Shown here in pieces: positions 1-9,139 of a DNA stretch of 64,000 nucleotides (positions are counted from its first letter, which is position 1; each line of letters opens with the position of its first letter). Both the position numbers and the translations under genes were made by a program. The notes below the pieces were generated by a model, which did not search any database, was not told the DNA's origin, and worked only from the letters and a program-made list of their open reading frames with translations. The stretch spans positions 37,830 through 101,829 of the IMG/VR virus record IMGVR_UViG_3300010383_000113. One strand, written 5' to 3'. Source of the DNA: a virus. Taxonomy: Duplodnaviria > Heunggongvirae > Uroviricota > Caudoviricetes.

Positions 1-225
1 GGACGGATCATCCCTTCGGGAAGCCGCCCCCGCCGTAGGTGTGGACGAACAAGACCCAGTGCGAGCCGGGATCGTCCTCATTCTCCCGGGCCGCCAAAGC
101 CTCGGCCTCGGCCTGCGTGTCGAAATCCGCGACGGGCCCGAATTCGTTATGCACTTGCCACATACCAACACCTCCACAAAAAACGGATCACCCCTACCAC
201 AATCCTAAACCACACCAGAACAAGA

Positions 226-259
226 GTAGCAGGGAGGGACCATCTCCACCCCCTGCTAC
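226..259 (-). terminator. Inverted repeat GTAGCAGGG-N16-CCCTGCTAC, a possible terminator for the gene ending at 284
   Basis: Perfect 9-bp stem 25 nt downstream of the - strand stop, followed on the - strand by TCTTGTTC. Both arms are copies of the genome-wide repeat motif. Confidence 0.4.
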
Positions 260-283
260 CCTACCGACGGACATTCCACGCGA

Positions 284-772
284 TCAGGCCGGAAGCTCGA
301 CGCCCAGCTTCGCCGCCATCAGCTTCATCAAAGCCTGCTGCTGGGCGATGGTGGCGAGAAGGGCCGCATTGGCACCGTTCCCGCCCTTGGATGCCTTCTC
401 CGCCGAGGGAATGGGCGTACCGTCGAAATGTTCCGGCTTCAGGACGTCTTTCATCTCGCCGGTCAGGGCCGCCCAGTAGTCTTTCCCCTGTCGCGTCCGC
501 TTGACCTTGATGGAACCGTCCTTGAAAAGACCGTACGTCTTCCCCTCATGATCGACCGTCTTCGACACCGTTTCGGCGTCGTCCTTGACGTCCGCGACCT
601 CATGCAGAATGTCCAGGAATCGCGTGCAATTGTCGTCGCTCAGAGCCTCGATCAGCTTCCGAGCCTTCGCTCGGCCGAACGTGAAGGACTCCGGGCGGGC
701 CGGATCGTCGTTTTCGATGATGACGACCGGAAAACCCTTGTACTCGCCCTTGCGAATGATGATGTTCGACAT
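284..772 (-). CDS. Hypothetical phage protein (162 aa)
   Basis: ATG start, strong GC3 codon bias, protein-like composition; no family recognised. Confidence 0.8.
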   Translation of the reverse strand: MSNIIIRKGEYKGFPVVIIENDDPARPESFTFGRAKARKLIEALSDDNCTRFLDILHEVADVKDDAETVSKTVDHEGKTYGLFKDGSIKVKRTRQGKDYWAALTGEMKDVLKPEHFDGTPIPSAEKASKGGNGANAALLATIAQQQALMKLMAAKLGVELPA

Positions 773-1680
773 CGTGAAACCCCTTATGCTCGACGTTCGT
801 GGTACTCATTCGGGCCCGTCCATCCGGGCCCATCCGCAAGGGTAGGAATCGAACCTACTAGGCTTTGGACTATGTCCGACGCCACCAAACCTGGCCTTGC
901 GGCACTTTGTATCGTTCTGTTAAGACCAGTCTTATTGAGCCCCTATGCCACCGTGTACCTACCTAGCATCGGCCGGTTTCTAATGGCTCTGACTGGAATC
1001 CCTCATTTCGCAACGGGTGCGTCCTTGTTCGTGGCCGCCCACAATCACGCCGCACCCTGTCACGATGCGACACCCCATCGAACGCCGGGGGGACCAGGAA
1101 TGGAGACCTGGATAAGCGGCGGCGGTTTGCGACCGGATGAACCCTTAGCGACGCTACGTACCCTTGCGGGCGGTTCTAATCATTCGCTGGGGATCGACAC
1201 GGAATATCGTCGTCCCCCCGCTCTTACGTTCTCCCGCATCCCATCCCCTGCATAGGGTAGACGGGTCGCGGGCCGCATGTTCATACATGCTCTCACACCC
1301 ATTTCTAAGGCGGGGTGCTGGTCCGACCGCCGAACGCTTGTTATCGCGTCCATCGCACGGCTTCCCCTCACTAATCGCACCGTCCCCCACCTGTCGTCGC
1401 CATGCTCCACTAGGAATGACATGGCAACTATCAAGGGTACTAGGCACGCATCGTTCGGCTTGGCTTGCGATCCTATGTTGTATGAGAGCCATCCCCTATG
1501 GGGTTAAGGCCCGTTGCGTGCCGTCCCATCCCGCACGCTGGACATTCCGCCGGCCCGTAGGCCACCCCCGGATGCCGCCGGGGCGGGATCTTTTGCGTCG
1601 GATTCTACCGACGTTCCCCGAAGGGATGACGCGGGCCGGTCTCGAAACCGGCCGGGGGCCCTATCCCTCGCGTCGCGTTC

Positions 1681-1845
1681 TCAGACCATGTACATGCCGC
1701 TAGGCCGGTCGTACCCGTTGGCGTCGGCGTAGGCGTTCGCCCGATCGAACGCGACTTCCCGCGTCTTGAACCGTCCGACGACGACGTCGCCGGCCTGGAT
1801 CGTGAACACGTCGTCGAGCCCGAGGATCACCTTGACTTCTCGCAT
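1681..1845 (-). CDS. Small hypothetical protein (54 aa, MREVKVILGLDD...)
   Basis: ATG at 1845 preceded by GAGGGAG; GC3-biased codons, within the 1681..2088 ORF frame. Confidence 0.55.
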   Translation of the reverse strand: MREVKVILGLDDVFTIQAGDVVVGRFKTREVAFDRANAYADANGYDRPSGMYMV

Positions 1846-2109
1846 CGTCTCGTCTCCCTCTCGCACCCCTAGGCCGGGCCGATTCGCGAGGGTCCGTCCC
1901 CCGCGTCTCTCGTCTCGTCTCGGCCCGCCTTGCACACCTAGGCCGGGGCGAATCGGGACCGAATGCGTGCAAGCATTGTGCAAGCTTGCAGAGGCCGGAG
2001 GAGGGGGGGTTTTTATGATCGGCGGGGCGAAAAACGAGGAGGGGGGCGAACACGCACCTCGTCCCCTTAAAACCGGACCCCTCCCCAACCTTTTCGCATC
2101 AGCGTAGCC

Positions 2110-2322
2110 TTATGCGTCCTCGTCCCGCTCGCGTCTCCAGTCCGGCTTCGCCAGGTTCGAGAAGCCGAGCCTCGCGAGTCGGTTGCGGACGGCCCGTTCG
2201 TTGACGTCGAGGCCGATGGCGTCCCGCAGCATGTGGGAGATCTCGCGATGGGTGTGGCTCTGGGCCCAGAGCAGCAGCAGGCTATCGGCGTCGGGGTTGT
2301 CGCCCCAGGGGGTCTTGGGCAC
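2110..2322 (-). CDS. Small HTH-type DNA-binding protein (GcrA-like N-terminus)
   Basis: LLLLWAQSHTHREISHML...VNERAVRNRLARLG matches a helix-turn-helix pattern; GTG start. Confidence 0.6.
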   Translation of the reverse strand: MPKTPWGDNPDADSLLLLWAQSHTHREISHMLRDAIGLDVNERAVRNRLARLGFSNLAKPDWRRERDEDA

Positions 2323-2383
2323 GGGCGTCTCATCCCTTTCGGTGTAATGGCGTATGTTGAGATGTCAAAGCGAGGATCCTGAG

Positions 2384-2623
2384 ATGCCGCGACCGATTCC
2401 CGTCCTGCCCACCATCACCCGCACCATCGAAAGTGCGGAGGCCCGCCTGTCGGCCGTCGAGGACCTCAAGGTCCCGGACCCGTCGGTCGGCGAGGCCGTT
2501 GCCATCCTCTCGGGGAGATTAAAGAAGCTTAATCCGCCTAAGCCGGAAGACGATGACGCCGACATTCCTGACGAAATACGCCGCCAAGATGGCGGAGAGG
2601 GCCGGGGGCCCGGTGACGCTTGA
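2384..2623 (+). CDS. Hypothetical protein
   Basis: ATG 2384 with GAGGA upstream; GC3-biased in the first half; follows a GGTGTAAT motif at 2341. Confidence 0.5.
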   Translation: MPRPIPVLPTITRTIESAEARLSAVEDLKVPDPSVGEAVAILSGRLKKLNPPKPEDDDADIPDEIRRQDGGEGRGPGDA

Positions 2624-3197
2624 GGAGGCGGAGCGGGAGGTCTACGCGATCATCGCGGAGGTGGCCCGTTCGATGTCCCTGACGCAGCCGTTCGGCTACC
2701 ACACGCCCGACGACGTGTCCCAGATCGCGTTCGAGGAGTCGATCGACGTCCTCACGAACCGGGACAAGTACGACTTCGAGCGGCCCCTGGCCAACTTCCT
2801 CTGGATCAACGCCCGCAACCGCATCCAGAACCTCAAGCGTCGCCAGTTCCACCGCAGCGAGGCCCCCTGCAAGTGCTGCGACCCCTACAACCCGGGGCCG
2901 TCGCCCTGCAAGCGTTGGGAGTCCTGGGCCCGGAACAACCAGAGCAAGCAGCGGATCATGTGCCCGGCCAGCCTGACGAGCGACGCCAACCTCCCTGCTC
3001 CGACCCCCTCGCCCGACGAGGGGGTCCTCTTCGACGAGCTGGACTCCTACATCACGGCCCGCTTGCCGCAGGAACTCCTAACCGAATATAGGACGTTCGT
3101 CGCCGAGGGGGACATGCCCAGGGCCCGCCACGCCCACGTCAAGGCCGTCCTACGCCGCATCCTGGAGGGTTCCCCCTATGACCCGGCCCGCCAATGA
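2553..3197 (+). CDS. Sigma-70/ECF-like RNA polymerase sigma factor (true start may be 2589 or 2613)
   Basis: Region-2-like segment DDVSQIAFEESIDVL...KYDFERPLANFLWINARNRIQNLKRR and a C-terminal region-4-like helix; Cys-rich insert (PCKCCDP...PCKRW). Confidence 0.65.
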   Translation: MTPTFLTKYAAKMAERAGGPVTLEEAEREVYAIIAEVARSMSLTQPFGYHTPDDVSQIAFEESIDVLTNRDKYDFERPLANFLWINARNRIQNLKRRQFHRSEAPCKCCDPYNPGPSPCKRWESWARNNQSKQRIMCPASLTSDANLPAPTPSPDEGVLFDELDSYITARLPQELLTEYRTFVAEGDMPRARHAHVKAVLRRILEGSPYDPARQ

Positions 3198-3993
3198 GAA
3201 GGGGCCCCTCAAGCGGGGAGCCCTCAACAAGGACGAGAAGCACAAGATCGAGCTGGAGTTCCGCAAGCGGTCGCCCGAGGCCATCGCGATGGACCTCAAC
3301 CGCTCGGTCGACCTGGTCCTCAAGTACATCGAGGAGATGGGGGACGCCAACCCCCACTCGCCGATCCTCCGCAACCTGCGGTCGACGACCTACTACCGGA
3401 CCCTCCAGAACAAGTACACGGCCGAAGAACTGGAGATGTTCGAGGTCATCTACGTGGACCTGGCCATGCAGCTCGGGGTCGAGGACCTCAAGGCGACCGA
3501 ACTCCGCCAGCTCTACGGCTACATCGACCTCGAAGTCCGCGAACACCGCCTGAGCCAGCAGGCCCGCCACCTCTTCGAGCAGATCGAGCGGGGCCAGCGG
3601 GAACTCGACGAGGCCCTGGGCCGGAAGAAGAACGCCGACGTGAACCGGAAGGTCGGCGACCTCAAGGCCGAACTCCAGGGGCTCCGGCAGCAGAACAAGC
3701 TGCTCGAAGGCCAGATGGACGCCATCGCGGTCAGCAAGCGGGCCGAGCTGAAGGCGTTGAAGGCCACCCGCGACCAGCGGATCGACAAGATCGACAACAC
3801 CAAGATCAACTTCCCCGAGCTGCTCAAGAACCTCCAGAACGAGGAATACCGCCGCTCCGAGGCCGAGATGAACCAGATGGCGATCGTGTCCGCACAGAAG
3901 GAGAAGGACCGCCTCGCCAGGCCGATCAAGTATGCGGACGGGATCATCGACCGGCCGCTCCTCACCCCGGAGACGGTCCAGCGTGACGACTAA
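3178..3993 (+). CDS. Coiled-coil protein with N-terminal HTH; candidate terminase small subunit
   Basis: SPEAIAMDLNRSVDLVLKYI HTH-like segment, long coiled coil, position upstream of the large terminase. Confidence 0.55.
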   Translation: MTRPANEKGPLKRGALNKDEKHKIELEFRKRSPEAIAMDLNRSVDLVLKYIEEMGDANPHSPILRNLRSTTYYRTLQNKYTAEELEMFEVIYVDLAMQLGVEDLKATELRQLYGYIDLEVREHRLSQQARHLFEQIERGQRELDEALGRKKNADVNRKVGDLKAELQGLRQQNKLLEGQMDAIAVSKRAELKALKATRDQRIDKIDNTKINFPELLKNLQNEEYRRSEAEMNQMAIVSAQKEKDRLARPIKYADGIIDRPLLTPETVQRDD

Positions 3994-4540
3994 CTTCACC
4001 ATCATCCGCGACACGAGGGAGAAGGACGGCAAGGGCTGGAATTTCCGGGCCTCGACCGGGTGCGACGGCATGGAGACGACGGCCCTCAAGACGGGCGACT
4101 ACGCCATCAGGGGGCTCGAAAACCTGGTCGTGATCGAACGCAAGGGGTCGATCGGTGAGGTCGTCACCAACGTCACCACCGACCTTCCCCGGTTCGAACG
4201 CGAACTGGTCCGGCTGGAGGCCGACGTCGCCCACCCGTTCATCCTGATCGAGGCGAACCTCGAAGACCTGGTCGGCTGGCCCCGCACGTCCGGGCTGTCG
4301 CAGCGTGTGCGATCCCGCATCAAGACGACGGGCTCCTACATCCTCAAGATCATCACCGGCCTCATGCTGAAGTATCCGCGTATCCGCTGGGTGTTCTGCG
4401 GGGCGGACGGGCAGAAGCTCGCACTCTCCATCTTCAAGAGGGCCTTCGAGGCGGCGACGCCTGCGGAGAAGGCGGTAGCAGGGGGCGAGGCCCCCGTCGG
4501 CAAGAAGTCGACGCGGAAGAAGGCGACGCCCGGGTCATGA
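3983..4540 (+). CDS. ERCC4/XPF-Mus81 family nuclease
   Basis: IIRDTREK...LKTGDYAI...VVIERKGSIGE signature (DxRE, GDY, ERK); GTG start overlapping the upstream stop. Confidence 0.85.
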   Translation: MTTNFTIIRDTREKDGKGWNFRASTGCDGMETTALKTGDYAIRGLENLVVIERKGSIGEVVTNVTTDLPRFERELVRLEADVAHPFILIEANLEDLVGWPRTSGLSQRVRSRIKTTGSYILKIITGLMLKYPRIRWVFCGADGQKLALSIFKRAFEAATPAEKAVAGGEAPVGKKSTRKKATPGS

Positions 4541-6576
4541 AGAAGTTCGACGAGAGGTCGGTGACCAGGCTCATCGACCTGGAATACTTCGGCATCGAGG
4601 AGTCCGACCTGGAGGGGCGTGAGATCGCCCTCGACTGGTTCCGCGACGACGAGCCGTACGAGAAGACGCTCCTCCGGATGATGAGGGATCCGGCCAACTT
4701 CCACTTCACCTGCCGGCACCTGCTGGGGTGGAAACCCTTCCCCTACCAGGTCGTCGCCCTGGAGACGCTCTGGACCCACAAATTCCCGATGCTCCTGGGC
4801 AGTCGCGGATTCGGCAAGTCGACGATCCTCGGCGTCTTCGCCCTGCTCTATGCGATCTTCAAGCAGGGGTCGAAGGTGGTCGTGACCGGGGCCGGGTTCC
4901 GCCAGGCCAAGCTGATCATCGAGGGCGTCGAGCAGATCATCCAGAAGTCGCCCGTCTTCCAGAGCATGTTCGGCAGGCCCGGCGACATCATCAGCAAGGG
5001 GAACGACCGCTGGGTCTGCCGGGTCGGCGATTCCCGGATCACCGCACTCCCCATGGGCGACGGCTCGACCATCCGTGGCGAGCGGGCCCACCTCGTCATC
5101 GGCGACGAATTCGCGTCCATCAATCGCGACGTCTTCGAGCAGGTCGTACGCGGGTTCGGCGTCGTCATGCAGGACCCGGACCAGAACGTCCGCCGCAAGG
5201 CCAGGATCCGCGTGCTCAAGCGGCTGGGCCTGTGGTCGCCGCAGCTCGAAGAGATCGAGCAGAACTCGATGAAGGGCAATCAGCTCATCATCAGCGGGAC
5301 CGCCTACTACCAGTTCAACCACTTCTACGACTACTGGAAGAAGTGGAAGCTGATCATCGAATCGCAGGGGGACGCCAAGGTCCTGCAAGACTCGGGGATC
5401 GACCCCGCCAAGACCAACTGGAAGGATTTCGCGATCATCCGGGCCCCGTGGGAGTCGCTGCCCGAGGGGTACTACGACGACGACCAGATCGAGCAGGCCC
5501 GGCACACCAACACGGCCAACAACTTCGCCATGGAGTACGACACCGTATTCCCCAGCGACACCCACGGCTTCTTCCCCCGAAGCCTCATCGAGTCCTGCAC
5601 GACCAACAGCCCCATCATCCCCTTCGAATCCGACGCCCCGATCATGTTCACGGCCAGGTCGCGGGGCGACGGGGACCTCCAGTACGTCTACGGCGTCGAC
5701 CCCGCCATGAACGAGGACAAGTTCGCGGTCGTCATCCTGGAGGTCCACCCGACGCATCGCCGCGTGGTCCACTGCTGGACGATCAACAAGAAGAACTACC
5801 GGGAACGCGAGAGGGCGGCCGGGGAGGAATTCGACGGGTACTTCGCCTTCTGTGCCCGCAAGATCCGCGACCTCATGAAGATCTTCCCCTGCTCCGTCAT
5901 CTCCATCGACAGCCAGGGCGGCGGCGGGGCCCTGCTGGAGGCCCTCGGCGACAAGTCCAAACTCCAGGCCGGCGAACGCCCCCTGCTCCCGATCTCCCCC
6001 GGCCACCCCCTCCACAACGGCAAGAAGCACCCGGACGACGACAAGAGCGGCCTGCACATCGTCGAACTCGTCAACTTCCGCGACTCGGCCTACACCTCCG
6101 GTGCCAACAACGACCTCCGCAAGGACATGGAGGACAGGGCGATCCTGTTCCCGTTCTTCGACCAGGCCGGGGTGGCGATCGACGTCGCCAAGAACGAGCT
6201 GTTCAAGGCCTCGCGATTCGACACGTACGACGACGTCTGCCACGAGATCCTCGAACTCCAGGACGAACTCTCCACCATCCAACTGCTGCCGTCGGCCAAC
6301 GGCCTGACCGAGAGGTGGGACACGCCCGAGATCAAGCTGCCGGGGGCGAAGAAAGGCCGCATGAGGAAGGACCGCTACTCCGCCCTCATCATGGCCAACT
6401 ACGCGGCCCGTCGGATGCACCGGGCCCCCGAGGACGAGCCGATCCGCGTCTTCGGCGGGGCGGTGATCGAGGGCCACGACATCTTCACGAGCAAGGACGA
6501 CGGCGTCGTGGTCTCCAACCCCGACTGGTGGAACTCCGACGTGCTGGCCAACCTCGACCTGTTCGGGGCCGTCTGA
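4537..6576 (+). CDS. terL: Terminase large subunit
   Basis: Walker A GSRGFGKS, Walker B LVIGDEF, coupling motif IISGTA, RNase H-like nuclease YVYGVDPA...IDSQGGG and C-terminal KDRYSAL. Confidence 0.9.
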   Translation: MKKFDERSVTRLIDLEYFGIEESDLEGREIALDWFRDDEPYEKTLLRMMRDPANFHFTCRHLLGWKPFPYQVVALETLWTHKFPMLLGSRGFGKSTILGVFALLYAIFKQGSKVVVTGAGFRQAKLIIEGVEQIIQKSPVFQSMFGRPGDIISKGNDRWVCRVGDSRITALPMGDGSTIRGERAHLVIGDEFASINRDVFEQVVRGFGVVMQDPDQNVRRKARIRVLKRLGLWSPQLEEIEQNSMKGNQLIISGTAYYQFNHFYDYWKKWKLIIESQGDAKVLQDSGIDPAKTNWKDFAIIRAPWESLPEGYYDDDQIEQARHTNTANNFAMEYDTVFPSDTHGFFPRSLIESCTTNSPIIPFESDAPIMFTARSRGDGDLQYVYGVDPAMNEDKFAVVILEVHPTHRRVVHCWTINKKNYRERERAAGEEFDGYFAFCARKIRDLMKIFPCSVISIDSQGGGGALLEALGDKSKLQAGERPLLPISPGHPLHNGKKHPDDDKSGLHIVELVNFRDSAYTSGANNDLRKDMEDRAILFPFFDQAGVAIDVAKNELFKASRFDTYDDVCHEILELQDELSTIQLLPSANGLTERWDTPEIKLPGAKKGRMRKDRYSALIMANYAARRMHRAPEDEPIRVFGGAVIEGHDIFTSKDDGVVVSNPDWWNSDVLANLDLFGAV

Positions 6577-6642
6577 GGCACGACCGGCCGGTGTATCTTA
6601 TTGCGTTGTGATCATATTACGATGCAATCAGGACGCCGGCCG

Positions 6643-8859
6643 ATGAAGAAGAAGCTCGGGCCCAACCCCTACGCCGCCGACGACGCCCCGATGCTCGCCC
6701 AGGAGGCCCTCGCCGAGCTGGGGGTCGTCTCGGAGGCGAATGCGGCCCGGGTGCCCACGCCCTCGGGCCCCGGCGTGACGTTCCGGCCGATGTCGAAGTG
6801 GTTCGACGGCGGCACCCCGACGCCCTACGGCACCGACGGCCGGCGGGAGCCCTGGGACGACTCCGCGACCCGGCGACGCAACGAGAAGCTCCGCATCGTC
6901 GACGAGATCTTCGAGCACAACGGCGAGGTCTCCTTCGTCATCGACATGTTCGTGAGCTTCGTCTGCCAGGGGATCGACATCCACCACACGTCGACCTCCA
7001 AGCAGGACCGCTACCGCCACTGGTGGAACAAGGTGGGGGGCAAGCACGTCAGCGAGCGGCTCGTCAGCGAGTTCCTCCGCCACGGGTTCGGGGCCGTCGA
7101 GGTGGCCTACGGGGACCTCAAGAAGAAGGACGTGGCGGACCTCGACGCGACCGAGGCCGCCCGCCCGGCCCCCGACCTGGCCTACGTCCGCTCCCAGCCC
7201 TCGCCCAGGGGCCGCATCCCCCTCCTCTACGAGATCCAGAGCCCCTACGACGTCGAGATGATCGGCGGCGAGCTGAACCGCGTCTCGCGGCGTAAGCGGT
7301 ACGGCATCCGGATGTCCGAGACGCTCCGGTCGATGATCCGGAGCCCCAACGAGTCGAACCGGGATCTCATCAAGGACCTGCCCAAGACCTGGATCGACGC
7401 GGCCGAGAGCAAGGACCCGGTCGTCCCGATGGACGCCGACCACCTGGTGGTCCTCCACTACAAGAAGGACGACTACAAGCCCTGGGCCGACCCGCTCATC
7501 TACTCGATCGTCGAAGACCTCCACATCTACCGCTGCATGAAGGCGGCCGACCTCGCCGCCCTCGAAGGGTCCATCTCCCGGCTCCGGCTCATCAAGCTCG
7601 GGATGATCTGGGACCAGCACAACAAGATCCTCCCCAGCCGCGACGACATCCAGTCGCTCCGCAACCAGCTCCTCGCCATCCGCAACGGGGCCTCCTCGGA
7701 CCTCATCTGGCACCCGGCCATCTCGATCGAGGAGACCGGCAGCGACGTCGCCAACTTCCTGGGGCCCGACAAGTACCGCCAGATCATCTCGGCCATCTAC
7801 GCCGGGCTCGGCATCCCCCAGACACTCGCCGGGGCGTCGAGCGAGGGCGGGATGACCAACAACGCCCTCAGCCTCAAGACCCTGATGGAGAGGCTCTCCT
7901 ACGCCCGAGACCTCCTGGTCAAGTTCTGGAGGGGCGAGTTCGAGAAGCTCCGCAGGGCCTTCGGGGACCGCTACGCCGCCGAGCTGAAGTTCGACCTCAT
8001 GAGCCTGGCCGACGAGGCCGCCGAGAAGAAGCTCTGGATCGACCTCTACGACCGCCACGTCATCTCCGAGGAGACGCTCCTGGGCCGGTTCGGCCAGCTC
8101 CCCCGGGTCGAGAACGCCCGGATCCGCCGCGAGGACGCCCAGCGTGCCGCCGGCACTCGGCCCGCCCGCCTCGGCGTCTTCACCGAGAACGAGACCCATC
8201 CCGACCAGATGAAGAAGGCCCTCCTCAACCAGGGCCACTTCGCCCCCTCGGAGGTCGGCGTCGAGGTCAAGCCCCGCAAGAAGGGCGAGAAGTCGCTGCT
8301 CGACCGCCAGGAGGAACTCGCCGCCAAGGCCGCCGCCGCGAAGCCCACGCCCGACTCGGGTTCGGGGAAGAAGGGAGTAGCAGGGGAGGGTCGACCCAAG
8401 GGCCGGACGGACGAGACCAAGCGGAAACGCCGCACCCCCAAGGTGAGGCAGGCCGCCGCCGGGCTGGTCGCCCTCCAGGCCAAGGCCCGCGAGGACCTGC
8501 GGGCGATCGACAGGGCCCTGACCCCCGCCTTCCTGGCCGCCGCCGGCAAGAAGAACCTCCGCCAGCTCACCTCGGCCGAGGCCTCCGCCCTCGAAGACGC
8601 CAAGTTCGCCGCCCTCATGGCCGTCCCGCCCGACGCCCGTGCGACCGCCGAATGGGCCGCGTCCGGCGAGGCCCCCTCCACCCCCCTGCTCCCGCATTCG
8701 GAATTGCTCAACTCCCTGATTGCTGATGCGTTCACCTCGCGAGGTGTAAATCCCACCATGGACGACGTCCGCGAGATGCAGGCGTCGGCCTACGCCCTCT
8801 TCCACACCGAGGACCCCACCGATGGCGATCCTGACCCTGACGGTCGACACGAAGGCTGA
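6643..8859 (+). CDS. Portal protein (putative)
   Basis: About 740-aa gene directly after terL and before the protease/capsid genes; helical core with a low-complexity basic tail. The call rests mainly on synteny. Confidence 0.7.
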   Translation: MKKKLGPNPYAADDAPMLAQEALAELGVVSEANAARVPTPSGPGVTFRPMSKWFDGGTPTPYGTDGRREPWDDSATRRRNEKLRIVDEIFEHNGEVSFVIDMFVSFVCQGIDIHHTSTSKQDRYRHWWNKVGGKHVSERLVSEFLRHGFGAVEVAYGDLKKKDVADLDATEAARPAPDLAYVRSQPSPRGRIPLLYEIQSPYDVEMIGGELNRVSRRKRYGIRMSETLRSMIRSPNESNRDLIKDLPKTWIDAAESKDPVVPMDADHLVVLHYKKDDYKPWADPLIYSIVEDLHIYRCMKAADLAALEGSISRLRLIKLGMIWDQHNKILPSRDDIQSLRNQLLAIRNGASSDLIWHPAISIEETGSDVANFLGPDKYRQIISAIYAGLGIPQTLAGASSEGGMTNNALSLKTLMERLSYARDLLVKFWRGEFEKLRRAFGDRYAAELKFDLMSLADEAAEKKLWIDLYDRHVISEETLLGRFGQLPRVENARIRREDAQRAAGTRPARLGVFTENETHPDQMKKALLNQGHFAPSEVGVEVKPRKKGEKSLLDRQEELAAKAAAAKPTPDSGSGKKGVAGEGRPKGRTDETKRKRRTPKVRQAAAGLVALQAKAREDLRAIDRALTPAFLAAAGKKNLRQLTSAEASALEDAKFAALMAVPPDARATAEWAASGEAPSTPLLPHSELLNSLIADAFTSRGVNPTMDDVREMQASAYALFHTEDPTDGDPDPDGRHEG

Positions 8860-9139
8860 GACCTGCACCGCGACCGTCGACGGCCGCACGATCGAGAACT
8901 TCGAGAGTGCCCGCGTCTACAACTTCGGCGTCCAGTCCGAGCCCCGCTACACGTTCACGCTCGAAACGCTGGACATCCAGGACGACGTCTACTTCCGCAC
9001 GTCGACCTCGGCATCCGACCGCTCGCCCGAGCACGCCCAGGCCTCCGAACTGGCCCCCGACCTCAAGAGCGTCAAGCGTCAGGCCGCCTCCCCCCTGGTG
9101 GAGATGCTGGCCCGGCGGTTCGCGGGGAAGGACTCCTGA
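8822..9139 (+). CDS. Hypothetical head-module protein
   Basis: ATG start, GC3 bias, stop overlaps the next start (TGATG). Confidence 0.7.
   Translation: MAILTLTVDTKAETCTATVDGRTIENFESARVYNFGVQSEPRYTFTLETLDIQDDVYFRTSTSASDRSPEHAQASELAPDLKSVKRQAASPLVEMLARRFAGKDS

Noticed and set aside
428-1703. ORFs 428-1255, 1154-1492 and 1164-1703 as genes
   Set aside because: They lack the GC3 bias of real genes here and have Arg/Pro-rich shadow composition.
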